Assembly: GCF_000018785.1 (NCBI RefSeq)
Contig: NC_010163.1
Span: 900,001 to 932,000, forward strand
Origin: Acholeplasma laidlawii PG-8A
GTDB lineage: Bacteria; Bacillota_I; Bacilli_A; Acholeplasmatales; Acholeplasmataceae
Direction of reading: 5' to 3'
DNA: 32,000 nt
The notes below the pieces were generated by a model. It did not search any database. It saw only the letters and a list, made by a program, of their open reading frames with translations, and was not told the DNA's origin. Shown piece by piece: positions 1 through 8,659 of the stretch (its first letter is position 1; every line of letters starts with the position of its first letter). A program made the position numbers and the translations under genes.

Positions 1-1115
1 AAAAAATTTATAGAAATAACCTATTCTTATACTTAGCGTATATGATACTACCAATTATTCTTTCTATATTTATTTTAATCGCATTAACTGATATCGACTT
101 TTTCTTTCAAGATGTGAACGCTAGTGAATTTGCAATCACTAATGCAGTCAATGATGTCAATGGATTACTGATTGTCGATCCAAACAATTTTGAAAATCTT
201 GATTCAGCTTATGAATCTTTCTTAATACCGGTTGGAGCAGATGGTACCCATATCATTTATGTACACGCTTCAGCAACCTTTATTACAGATACTGACTTCT
301 TTGATTCCGTCTTAGAAGGCGATGTTTACACCTATACATTGAAGGCATCAGTGCTCAATGATATCATAGATGGAAACATAAAAAAATGGCCTAATAACGC
401 CCAAATTAACTTCCATATACCCTATGATGATGTTTCACCACTAGTGGCAGGTTCTTCTGTTGACAATATCATCGAATTGACCAAAGAAAATTCAGTCCCA
501 ACAGTAGCTTTAAATGCAATATTCGCGTTTACATTAATGTTAATTATTGCAATTCCGATGGTAATCATTTCTAAACCAATTTTAATTGGAGACTTCAATT
601 TATTAAAGGTAGATAATGAAAGTGTTGGCACAGTTTTAGCAAAATCTGGTATTGGTGTGCTTTACATGTTTGGTGGTAATATTGCTGTTGGTATTCTTGT
701 CATGGCGATTTCTACAATGTTTCAAATCCCTGATCAAGTATCTGCAAATCAGTTAGCAATTAATTTAATGTTAAAGTCACCTTACTTTATTTTAATGATT
801 ATTACTGCTGTTGTTATTGGACCTATTGTTGAGGAATTGGTATTTAGAAAATCATTCTTTGGTTTAATTAAAAATGAAAACTGGGCACTTGTTATTTCTT
901 CACTAGTGTTTGGATTAATCCACATCTCAACTGAAATTCTTACAGGCGATATTGGTATGGTGATTGTAAGTAGCTTACCATATATTGCAGGTGGATTTAT
1001 ATTTGGTTACATTTACATGATTAATAAGAAAAACATTGTGATACCGATCATTGCACACATGGGTTATAATTTAATATCTGTTTTAATGTCCATGTTCTTA
1101 CTTTATGTTTTATAA
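1..1115 (+). CDS. CPBP-family (CAAX/Abi-type) intramembrane protease with a ~170-aa N-terminal extracytoplasmic region; probably 5'-partial at the window edge
   Basis: ORF track gives 42..1115. The C-terminal half carries the three CPBP motifs in hydrophobic context: EELVFR (EExxxR), FGLIH (FxxxH) and HMGYN (HxxxN). The frame is open from nt 3 to ATG-42 (KIYRNNLFLYLAY-MILP...), which continues a TM helix preceded by K/R. ATG-42 has no Shine-Dalgarno, so the true start is probably just upstream of the window. ATG-42 is the fallback start. Confidence 0.8.
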   Translation, partial: KIYRNNLFLYLAYMILPIILSIFILIALTDIDFFFQDVNASEFAITNAVNDVNGLLIVDPNNFENLDSAYESFLIPVGADGTHIIYVHASATFITDTDFFDSVLEGDVYTYTLKASVLNDIIDGNIKKWPNNAQINFHIPYDDVSPLVAGSSVDNIIELTKENSVPTVALNAIFAFTLMLIIAIPMVIISKPILIGDFNLLKVDNESVGTVLAKSGIGVLYMFGGNIAVGILVMAISTMFQIPDQVSANQLAINLMLKSPYFILMIITAVVIGPIVEELVFRKSFFGLIKNENWALVISSLVFGLIHISTEILTGDIGMVIVSSLPYIAGGFIFGYIYMINKKNIVIPIIAHMGYNLISVLMSMFLLYVL

Positions 1116-1147
1116 AAATAATAGCAGCCAAATTGGCTGCTATTTTT
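1114..1147. terminator. Bidirectional rho-independent terminator shared by the convergent CPBP-protease and ankyrin genes
   Basis: Perfect 10-bp stem ATAGCAGCCA (1121-1130) / TGGCTGCTAT (1134-1143) with a 3-nt loop. T-run at 1143-1147 on the + strand; the A-run at 1114-1118 is the T-run on the - strand. Confidence 0.8.
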
Positions 1148-1156
1148 GTATCGTGC

Positions 1157-2107
1157 TTAAATGAGTTGTCTAAGTACATTAACACATGCACTTAACTTAT
1201 AGTGCTGTGCATAATCAAATGCGTTTTGCTTTAATCTGTCCTTTTTTAATAAATAGCCATTATCAATAAGTGTTCTAAGTTTTAAGTGATCTCTATTTAA
1301 TACTGCTAGTGTAAGTATTTGATCATTTAATAAATTTGTATAATCTGGCGATAACTGCCATTCTTTTAATAGTTCATAAATAACGATGTCATCATTAATT
1401 TTTGCTAGATTTAATGGTGTCTCATAGCGTCTATTATATATTTCAACATATGCATCATACTTTAGTAAAAGTTGGACAATGTCTTTTTGACCAAATCTTA
1501 CGGCGTTAAACAGTGGTGTTTCAAAGTGGTCATTTAATAAATTAGGATCTAATTTATGTTCTAAAAAGTGTTCTACCATAGATACATTGGTTGTTCTAGC
1601 AGCATAATGTAAAAACGAATCTTTATTACTGTCTAAATAAAAGTATGAAGTCTTAGCGTATTCTAAGAGATATGTAACTACATCCATATGTCCTGCAAGT
1701 ATTGCATAGTGTATTGGTAATCTATCTTCATTATTTTTAGCTTTAGGGTCTGCTTTATATTCAAGTAGTAATTTAACCATATCTAGATTACCCTTATGAG
1801 CTGCCAAATGTAAAACTGTTTCATCACGGTTATTTTTGATGTCTACACGTGCATATTTAGCTAATAGTTTTTTAGCAATATTTAGTTTAGCTTTTCTGGC
1901 ACAATCAAAAAGTGCAGTTTCTCCTAATTGATCTTTTAGATTTAAATCAATTTCTTGATTTAATAAATAATCAATAACATCCATACTACTGCCTAGTACT
2001 GCATGATGAAGTAATCCCTTACCTCTTTGGTCTTTAATACCTAAAAAATCGATATGAGTCTGAAGACTAGACACATCATTATCATATGCATATTTAAATA
2101 AATCCAT
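1157..2107 (-). CDS. Ankyrin-repeat protein (about 9 ANK repeats), with no signal peptide or TM helix
   Basis: Repeated ~33-aa units match the ANK consensus, e.g. GKGLLHHAVLGSSMDVIDYLLNQEIDLNLKD, ETVLHLAAHKGNLDMVKLLLEYKADPKAKN, RLPIHYAILAGHMDVVTYLLEY and ETPLFNAVRFGQKDIVQLLLKYDAYVEIYN. ATG at 2107 is preceded by AGGAGG. Confidence 0.85.
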   Translation of the reverse strand: MDLFKYAYDNDVSSLQTHIDFLGIKDQRGKGLLHHAVLGSSMDVIDYLLNQEIDLNLKDQLGETALFDCARKAKLNIAKKLLAKYARVDIKNNRDETVLHLAAHKGNLDMVKLLLEYKADPKAKNNEDRLPIHYAILAGHMDVVTYLLEYAKTSYFYLDSNKDSFLHYAARTTNVSMVEHFLEHKLDPNLLNDHFETPLFNAVRFGQKDIVQLLLKYDAYVEIYNRRYETPLNLAKINDDIVIYELLKEWQLSPDYTNLLNDQILTLAVLNRDHLKLRTLIDNGYLLKKDRLKQNAFDYAQHYKLSACVNVLRQLI

Positions 2108-2181
2108 GATTAAAAACCTCCTATTCCTTCAAATATATTATATACTATTTCCTAAAATAAAGTTACTTGAACTCGTCTTAT

Positions 2182-2219
2182 AAAAAAAGTACACCTAAGT
2201 TGTACTTAGAAGTGTACTT
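2182..2219 (-). terminator. Rho-independent terminator of hup
   Basis: Outer stem 2187-2194 (aagtacac) / 2212-2219 (gtgtactt). Inner stem 2195-2200 (ctaagt) / 2204-2209 (acttag). The A-run at 2182-2188 forms the T-tract (partly paired in the stem) on the - strand. Confidence 0.75.
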
Positions 2220-2296
2220 GTTTACTATGATTTCTAAAAGATTAACTTGTAGATATTTGAGCCATTCTCAAGTTGCTCATAGATTTTATTAAAAGG

Positions 2297-2569
2297 CTAT
2301 TTAACTGCGTCTTTTAATAATTTACCAGCTTTGAAAGCAGGTGTTTTTTGTGCTGGGACAATAATTTCTTCACCAGTACGTGGATTTTTACCACGACGTG
2401 CAACACGATTACGTACTTCAAAAGTACCAAATCCCGTAACAACTACTTTTTCGTCTTTAGAAAGAGTTTCTGTAACGACATCTACAAACGAGTTAACGAC
2501 TTTTTCAGCCATAGCTTGAGTAACTTCAGCTTTGTCGGCAACTAATGCAACTAATTCAGTTTTGTTCAT
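2297..2569 (-). CDS. hup: DNA-binding protein HU
   Basis: 90 aa. MNKTELV...GFGTFEVRNRVARRGKNPRTGEEIIVPAQKTPAFKAGKLLKDAV is a classic HU/IHF-fold signature. SD GGAGG precedes the start, and it has its own promoter and terminator. Confidence 0.95.
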   Translation of the reverse strand: MNKTELVALVADKAEVTQAMAEKVVNSFVDVVTETLSKDEKVVVTGFGTFEVRNRVARRGKNPRTGEEIIVPAQKTPAFKAGKLLKDAVK

Positions 2570-2596
2570 TTTTAATCCTCCTATTAAGATATTATG

Positions 2597-2625
2597 ATTA
2601 TAACATGATAAATCGCTTTATACAA
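2597..2625 (-). promoter_or_regulatory. Sigma-A type promoter of hup
   Basis: On the - strand: TTGTAT (complement of 2620-2625), a 17-nt spacer, and TGTTATAAT extended -10 (complement of 2597-2605). Confidence 0.55.
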
Positions 2626-2700
2626 CGATTAATACACTCTATTTTTTTAATAACCGACTAAAATTAAACATTACAGACTCAAATGTTCTCATTTTAGGCA

Positions 2701-2757
2701 TAAAAATACCCCGTAAAACGAATTATTCCATAATATGGATTCACGTTTTATGGGGTA
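2701..2757 (-). terminator. Rho-independent terminator closing the rluB-cmk-rpsA-der-gpsA string
   Basis: 13-bp stem 2708-2720 (accccgtaaaacg) / 2744-2756 (cgttttatggggt) with one mismatch, plus an inner ccat/atgg helix. The A-run at 2702-2706 is the T-tract on the - strand. It begins 25 nt after the gpsA stop. Confidence 0.7.
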
Positions 2758-2780
2758 GTTCATTTAAATTAGCTTTTAAA

Positions 2781-3776
2781 TTAAGCAATAACTTCTTCTT
2801 TTAACTCTCTAGTTAATAGATTTTGAATCGCTTCTTTGACACTCATGTTATTAAAGATAACCTCATAAGTGATTTCAATAATAGGTAACTCAATTCCTGT
2901 TTGAACACATAAATCTTTTGCTGCTTGGATTGCACGAACACCTTCTACAACCATCTTAGATTCACTTAAAACTTGTTCAACTGGTGTACCTTGACCTATC
3001 TTTAAACCTGCATTAAAGTTTCTAGAATTATAACTTGAAGCTGTTACAATTAAATCTCCAATACCTGTTAAGCCAAACGCAGTTTCTTTTTTACCACCAT
3101 AGTGAACAACAACACGTACAATTTCTAGGATCCCACGTGTAATTAATGCTGCACGTGCATTTTCTCCTAAACCATAACCTGTCATCATACCCGATACGAT
3201 AGCAATCGCATTTTTAATTGCACCACCGACTTCACAGCCAATTAAATCATCTGATGTATAAACACGTAAGTAGCTTTGATTTGAAAAGAGTTGTTGAACA
3301 CTTTTTCTAAACCATTCCACATCACTTGCAGCAGTTAATACTGTAAGTTTACGTTCGATAACTTCTTCAGCATGAGATGGCCCTGTCAATACTGCGTAAG
3401 CACCAAGTAATTCTGGGGTAATTTCATCAGTTACAATTTCTGAAACACGTTTAAGTGTTACAGGTTCAATTCCTTTAGATACATTGATAAAATATAGTTT
3501 TCTAGTTGCTAGTTTATTAATATCTCTTAAGGAGTCACGCATAAACTTAGTAGGCACTGCAAGTAAAATGTAATCAGCATAATCAATAGATTCTTTCAAA
3601 TCTAATGTGGCACGAATGCCAGTAATCTTATTATCGAAAAATGGATGGATATTATTGTTAATCTTTTTAACTGCTTCAGGATTCACATCATAAATCAATG
3701 TTTCATGTCCATTATCAGTTAGTACTTGAGCAAGTGTAGTTCCCCAAGAACCGCCACCAATTACACTAATCTTCAT
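2781..3776 (-). CDS. gpsA: NAD(P)H-dependent glycerol-3-phosphate dehydrogenase
   Basis: N-terminal Rossmann motif ISVIGGGSWGTTLA; internal GAIKNAIAI and NFNAGLKIGQG motifs. It overlaps the 3' end of der by 11 nt, matching the Firmicutes der-gpsA pairing. Confidence 0.93.
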   Translation of the reverse strand: MKISVIGGGSWGTTLAQVLTDNGHETLIYDVNPEAVKKINNNIHPFFDNKITGIRATLDLKESIDYADYILLAVPTKFMRDSLRDINKLATRKLYFINVSKGIEPVTLKRVSEIVTDEITPELLGAYAVLTGPSHAEEVIERKLTVLTAASDVEWFRKSVQQLFSNQSYLRVYTSDDLIGCEVGGAIKNAIAIVSGMMTGYGLGENARAALITRGILEIVRVVVHYGGKKETAFGLTGIGDLIVTASSYNSRNFNAGLKIGQGTPVEQVLSESKMVVEGVRAIQAAKDLCVQTGIELPIIEITYEVIFNNMSVKEAIQNLLTRELKEEVIA

Positions 3777-5082
3777 AGTTATCCTTCTTTCTAAAGACGA
3801 ATTTTAACGGTGTACCCGTTAATTCAAAATTATCTCTAAACTGATTTTGTAAATAACGTTCATAACTAAAATGAATGAATACTGGATCGTTAACGAAAAT
3901 TGCAATCGTAGGTGGTTTTGTATCCACCTGTGTAGCATATGAGAAGTTTGCTTTACCATGATTGAATATAGCAGGTGGATTCATTGCTACAGCATCATAT
4001 AAAGTATCGTTCACAAGTTTTGTAGGTAATTGTTTCGTGAAGTTTTCATATACTTCTCTTAATACAGGGAATATTGTATGAACTCTTTGGTTTTCTTTAG
4101 CAGAAACAAAGACAATTGGTGCATAAGGTAAGAACTTAAACGTTTCACGGATTTCAGTTTCAAACTTCTTCATTGTCTTACTATCTTTTTCAATTAAATC
4201 CCATTTGTTCACGACAATAATACATCCACGCATATATTGCATAATATAGCCAGCAACGTGGCCGTCTTGTTCTTGTATACCTGCTGTTGCATCAAGTACA
4301 AGTAGTGCAATATCACTACGCTCAAGTGCAGTCATGGCACGTAATACAGAATACTTATCTAAGTTTTCGTATACCTTACCACGCTTTTTAATACCAGCAG
4401 TATCAATAATCGTATATTTTTGTTTATCTTTTGTAAATGTTGTATCAATTGCATCTGTGGTTGTACCAGAAATATCTGAGACGATCACACGCTCTTCACC
4501 AATAATGGCGTTAACTAATGAACTCTTACCAACATTTGGTCGACCTAGAACTGAAAAAGAAATAATCCCTTTTTCATGTACTTTTTCTTCCTCAACCATG
4601 TAACTTAATGTTTTATCTAATAAATCACCGACACCAATACCATGGTGACTGGATACTGCAATTGGATCACCAAATCCAAGTGCATAAAACTCAAAAGCAT
4701 TATGGGCATGTACAATATCATCAATTTTATTAACAGCAACAATGACAGGTTTATCTGTCTTGTAAAGTAGTTTTGCAATATAGTAATCACTATCTGTTAA
4801 ACCACTTAAGCCATCAACAACAAAAATAATGACATTTGCTTCATCCATTGCTATTTCTGCTTGGTGTTTAATTTGAGTTAAAAAAGGGGCATCACCAACA
4901 TCGATGCCCCCAGTGTCTATTAGACTAAATCGTTTAGTTAACCACTCTGCTTGAGCATAGATACGGTCTCTTGTGACACCCGCTACATCGTCCGTGATCG
5001 AAAACCTTTCACCTATTATACGATTAAACAGTGATGATTTGCCGACGTTTGGACGACCGACGATTGCTACAGTAAATGGCAT
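3766..5082 (-). CDS. der: Ribosome-biogenesis GTPase Der (EngA) with two tandem G domains
   Basis: Two P-loops GRPNVGKSS (res 9-17 and ~181-189), DTGG/DTAG G3 motifs, NKID/NKWD G4 motifs and a C-terminal KH-like domain. Confidence 0.95.
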   Translation of the reverse strand: MPFTVAIVGRPNVGKSSLFNRIIGERFSITDDVAGVTRDRIYAQAEWLTKRFSLIDTGGIDVGDAPFLTQIKHQAEIAMDEANVIIFVVDGLSGLTDSDYYIAKLLYKTDKPVIVAVNKIDDIVHAHNAFEFYALGFGDPIAVSSHHGIGVGDLLDKTLSYMVEEEKVHEKGIISFSVLGRPNVGKSSLVNAIIGEERVIVSDISGTTTDAIDTTFTKDKQKYTIIDTAGIKKRGKVYENLDKYSVLRAMTALERSDIALLVLDATAGIQEQDGHVAGYIMQYMRGCIIVVNKWDLIEKDSKTMKKFETEIRETFKFLPYAPIVFVSAKENQRVHTIFPVLREVYENFTKQLPTKLVNDTLYDAVAMNPPAIFNHGKANFSYATQVDTKPPTIAIFVNDPVFIHFSYERYLQNQFRDNFELTGTPLKFVFRKKDNYED

Positions 5083-5110
5083 CCTAAAACCTTCTTTATA
5101 TTATATTTTT

Positions 5111-6523
5111 TTATTTCTTCTTTTTATCTTTGCCTAAATTTGTATATATGTCACCTAGTGTTAGGCTTTCTGCTTCATCAGCATCACCCATATATTTTTC
5201 AAATTCTTGGCGTTCTTGTAAGTTTAATAAACGTTTAACAGATAATTTTAATACCCAGTTTTGTTTATTAAATTCAATCACTTTAGCTTTAACAGTATCA
5301 CCAACTTGGTAATACTCATCAATATTCACTTTTGGATCGTTATGTGCTTCATTTTTTGGAATGATACCATCAACAGATTCAAAAGATACTTTGACTTCTT
5401 CTTTTGTTACTTCTTCAATACGTACTTCAATATCTTGACCAACTCTTAAGTTAAGTTTAGCCCATGGATTATCTTCTAATACTTTCTTAGAAAGTGAAAT
5501 TCTTTCTTTCTTAGCATCTTTAGATAAAATAACTGCTTCAATTTCATCATCAATTTTGATGTATGCGTCAAAATTAGATTGAGGATTCCATGAATATTCA
5601 CTCTTATGAAGTAAACCTTTAACATCACGATCAAGTTCTACTAAAATACCAAATGGTAATTTAGATACGACTTTACCTTTTACTGTTTCTCCAACTTTGT
5701 GAGCTTTTAAGTATGCTTCATATGGTGTAGGTTGTAAAGCCTTCATAGATAAATCTAGACGGTTACCTTCTTTTTTGATCACTTTAACTTGAACTTTTTG
5801 TCCGATTTCTAAGACATCTTCAATTTTATCAATTCTATGATGTGACACTTGAGAAATACGTAACATACCTGATACATGTTCAAAACGTACAAATGCAGCG
5901 TGTGTTTCAAAGGATTCAACAACACCTTCTAATACAGCACCAGTTGTAATTGTTTCTAATTCTTCTTGGCGTGCTTCTTGACGTTGTTGTTGCTCTTCTT
6001 GACGACGTGCTTCAAAAATAGGTTTTCTAGTTGCAATTAATTTAGGACGTTTACGATCTGCTTTAAACTCTTCAATTAATACCACTAATGATTGTCCAAT
6101 AAGTTTATCTTTTTGATCTTTTAATTCGAAATCTAATAATGAGTAAGGTAAGAATAATTCAATTCCTTCAAAGTTTAATACTAAACCTTTATCATTAGCT
6201 GACTTAACTACAGTTTCAATTTCTAACTTTTCATCAAAAGCTTTTTGGATTTTTTCCATATTCTTTTCATGTAAAAGTGGTAATCTAGATAACATGATTA
6301 AAGATGAACGATCATCTTCACTTATTTTTTCTACCTTAGCGCGTACTTTATCGCCTTTTTTGATAACTTTTCTTAGATCCTCAGGTGCAGGTCTGTCAAA
6401 GTACTCAGCATAGATAGTTCCCTCTGTAGCTGCGTTAATGTCTAAAAGTACATAATTTTTCTTTACTTGAAAAACTTCACCTTCGATAATTTGTCCTTTT
6501 TTAGGGATTATAAAATCATTCAT
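5111..6523 (-). CDS. rpsA: 30S ribosomal protein S1 homologue (about five S1/OB repeats)
   Basis: Repeated S1-domain pattern G..[VI]...V......G..V.[LF]....G[LM][LI]. A Q/E/R-rich linker (RRQEEQQQRQEARQEE) follows repeat 2. The start overlaps the cmk stop, matching cmk-rpsA synteny. SD AAGGAG. Confidence 0.88.
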   Translation of the reverse strand: MNDFIIPKKGQIIEGEVFQVKKNYVLLDINAATEGTIYAEYFDRPAPEDLRKVIKKGDKVRAKVEKISEDDRSSLIMLSRLPLLHEKNMEKIQKAFDEKLEIETVVKSANDKGLVLNFEGIELFLPYSLLDFELKDQKDKLIGQSLVVLIEEFKADRKRPKLIATRKPIFEARRQEEQQQRQEARQEELETITTGAVLEGVVESFETHAAFVRFEHVSGMLRISQVSHHRIDKIEDVLEIGQKVQVKVIKKEGNRLDLSMKALQPTPYEAYLKAHKVGETVKGKVVSKLPFGILVELDRDVKGLLHKSEYSWNPQSNFDAYIKIDDEIEAVILSKDAKKERISLSKKVLEDNPWAKLNLRVGQDIEVRIEEVTKEEVKVSFESVDGIIPKNEAHNDPKVNIDEYYQVGDTVKAKVIEFNKQNWVLKLSVKRLLNLQERQEFEKYMGDADEAESLTLGDIYTNLGKDKKKK

Positions 6524-7184
6524 TGATTACTCCTTTTGCTGACTGTATCAGCTCTATTATTTTTTTAACTGTTTGTTGCAATGACATATGTGTCGAGTCT
6601 ACCACGATTGCATCCTCTGCTTTTTTAAGTGGTGATATTTTTCTTTGTGAGTCTAGTTGATCTCTTCTTGTAATTTCTTCAATTAACTTTTCGATATCTA
6701 CTTCATAGCCTTGGTTTTGTTTATCTTGTTGCCTTCTTTTAGCACGTTCTCTTACATCAGCGATTAAAAATATTTTTAAGTCTGCATCTGGTAAGACAAC
6801 TGTACCAATATCTCTACCATCCATGATGATATTGTTTGTTTCGCCAAGTTTTTGTTGTATTTCAACTAACTTCTTCCTCACATAAGGAAAACTTGAGACT
6901 AGTGACACGTGGTCAGTGACCGCTTTAGAACGAATTTCTTTTTCAACAATACGGTCACCTATATAGATGTGATCATCTCTATAAGTTATCTGTACGTCCT
7001 CTAAAAAGCGATACTGAGATTCATCATTCATGTCAATTTGATTTTCGATGGCTAAAAGGGTGACTGCTCGGTACATGGCACCCGTATCTATATGGGTCAT
7101 ACCTAGTTTGTGCGCTACATTTTTGCTAATTGATGATTTACCGCTTCCTGCGGGACCATCAATGGCCACTTTAAATCCTGCCAT
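6516..7184 (-). CDS. cmk: Cytidylate kinase
   Basis: P-loop AIDGPAGSGKSS followed by DTGAMYRA. I prefer ATG at 7184 (SD GGAGG 6 nt upstream). The ORF-track start at 7199 is a GTG lying inside that SD. Confidence 0.92.
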   Translation of the reverse strand: MAGFKVAIDGPAGSGKSSISKNVAHKLGMTHIDTGAMYRAVTLLAIENQIDMNDESQYRFLEDVQITYRDDHIYIGDRIVEKEIRSKAVTDHVSLVSSFPYVRKKLVEIQQKLGETNNIIMDGRDIGTVVLPDADLKIFLIADVRERAKRRQQDKQNQGYEVDIEKLIEEITRRDQLDSQRKISPLKKAEDAIVVDSTHMSLQQTVKKIIELIQSAKGVINE

Positions 7185-7239
7185 AAAATTCCTCCACACT
7201 ACATTTTATTATACCACAAAGTAGATTTAATATCATATG

Positions 7240-7956
7240 TTAACTACGATATAAGTATTTTACTTCGTGAGATTTTAATTTTCTATAACTTCCTCGGTTA
7301 ACACCTTCTAGTGTTAGACTATCAAATCTAATACGAGTCATGTTTTTAACCTCATGTCCAAGTTGCTTGAACATGGTTTTTAGTTCTTTAGCTGATTCAT
7401 TGGTTATTATCATTTTAACTAATGTGGATTGATGTGCTTTATCAAGTTCAACAATTGCTATATCAACTGGTTTAATAATTTTGTTTTCAACCTTAATACC
7501 GCGTTTGATTTCACGGATACGCTCTTTAATCATGATACCTTTAGTACGTATAACATATTCTTTTTGAATACTTTCGCTTTGGCTTGTTAATTTCTTTGTT
7601 AATTCACCATCGTTTGTTACAAGCAATAAACCAGATGTATCATATTCAAGTTTATGTATTGGAAATAAACGAACATTTTGATCTTCTTTTAAAATAAGGT
7701 CTAAAATGTTACGACGCTTATGTATATCAGCGGTTGTAGAAAGATAACCGGTAGGTTTATTTAGTAAATAGTATACTAAAGGTTCTTTGACTAAGGGTTT
7801 GCCTTCAACAGTAATGATATCTTTAGGACTAACTTTATAGCCTAAAACATTAATGACTTCATCATTAACCTTAACCTTACCTTCTGTAATTAAATTTTCT
7901 GCTTTACGTCTGGATGCACACCCAGCCTGAGCAATGACTTTTGATAATCTTTCCAT
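7240..7956 (-). CDS. rluB: RsuA/RluB-family pseudouridine synthase homologue with an S4 domain; catalytic motif degenerate (HKLE in place of GRLD)
   Basis: N-terminal S4 domain (MERLSKVIAQAGCASRRKAENLITEGKVKVN). The core motif YDTSGLLLVTNDGE matches the family, but the catalytic Asp position is Glu (see findings). Confidence 0.8.
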   Translation of the reverse strand: MERLSKVIAQAGCASRRKAENLITEGKVKVNDEVINVLGYKVSPKDIITVEGKPLVKEPLVYYLLNKPTGYLSTTADIHKRRNILDLILKEDQNVRLFPIHKLEYDTSGLLLVTNDGELTKKLTSQSESIQKEYVIRTKGIMIKERIREIKRGIKVENKIIKPVDIAIVELDKAHQSTLVKMIITNESAKELKTMFKQLGHEVKNMTRIRFDSLTLEGVNRGSYRKLKSHEVKYLYRS

Positions 7957-8020
7957 ATTTTCACCTTTAATATTATAGCATATTTAGCTTATAATTTTAA
8001 CCCTAAAATCTACATGTTTC

Positions 8021-8046
8021 AAAATAAAAAGACACTAACGGTCTTT
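8021..8046 (-). terminator. Candidate weak terminator after efp
   Basis: 6-bp stem 8028-8033 (aaagac) / 8041-8046 (gtcttt) with a 7-nt loop, followed on the - strand by TTTTTATTTT (complement of 8021-8030). Confidence 0.4.
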
Positions 8047-8065
8047 CTATCTTCATAAATATAAA

Positions 8066-8623
8066 TTACGCTCTTGAAACGTAAGTACCTTCAGTTGTAT
8101 TCACGATGATCTTTTCACCAGTTTCAATGAACATTGGTACTTTAACTAAGTATCCAGACGCCAAATAAGCATCTTTCATTGCGTTAGTTTTTGTATCACC
8201 TTTAACACCAGGTACAGTTTCTTTAACTTCTAATACTAATTTTTCAGGTAAGTTTACACCAATAATTTCTGTTCCGTAAAAGTTGATTTCAACTTCTAAA
8301 CTTTCATATAAGAAATTAAGTTCGTATTCGATTTGAGATTTGTCCACTTCGATTTGTTCATAAGTTTCCATATTCATGAATACGTGTGTGTCACCTGATG
8401 CATATAAGTATTGCATTTTAATGCGGTCGATAATCGCACGTTCAACTTTATCGCCAGATTTGAAAGTTATTTCTTGAATGTTTTTTGTACGTAAATTACG
8501 TAATCTTGTATTAATTAGCGCTCCACTTCTAGCTGTTTTAGAATGTAGGAAGTCTAATATTACATAGATTTGGCCGTCAACTTCGATTGTTAAGCCTGTT
8601 TTAAAATCACTTGTAGATACCAT
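8066..8623 (-). CDS. efp: Translation elongation factor P (Arg at the loop-tip position)
   Basis: 185 aa. It aligns without gaps to the Bacillus-type EF-P as I recall that sequence ([11 protein letters not shown]..., LRNLRT, MQYLY, C-terminal GTYVSRA). SD AAGGAG. Confidence 0.95.
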
Positions 8624-8659
8624 TTTTATATTCTCCTTTGTAAAACCTTATATAGTTTA

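Noticed and set aside
2220-2296. A 77-nt hup 3' UTR with a small ORF (2227..2292, 21 aa, plus strand) and a weak TGAGC/GCTCA hairpin; considered as a possible sRNA or micropeptide
   Set aside because: The ORF has no SD and there is no independent promoter or terminator. The hairpin is only 5 bp. This is insufficient evidence for a separate feature.
7185-7199. Upstream GTG start for cmk
   Set aside because: The GTG overlaps the GGAGG that serves as SD for ATG 7184. The shorter form begins MAGFKVAIDGPAGSGKS, as expected for Cmk.
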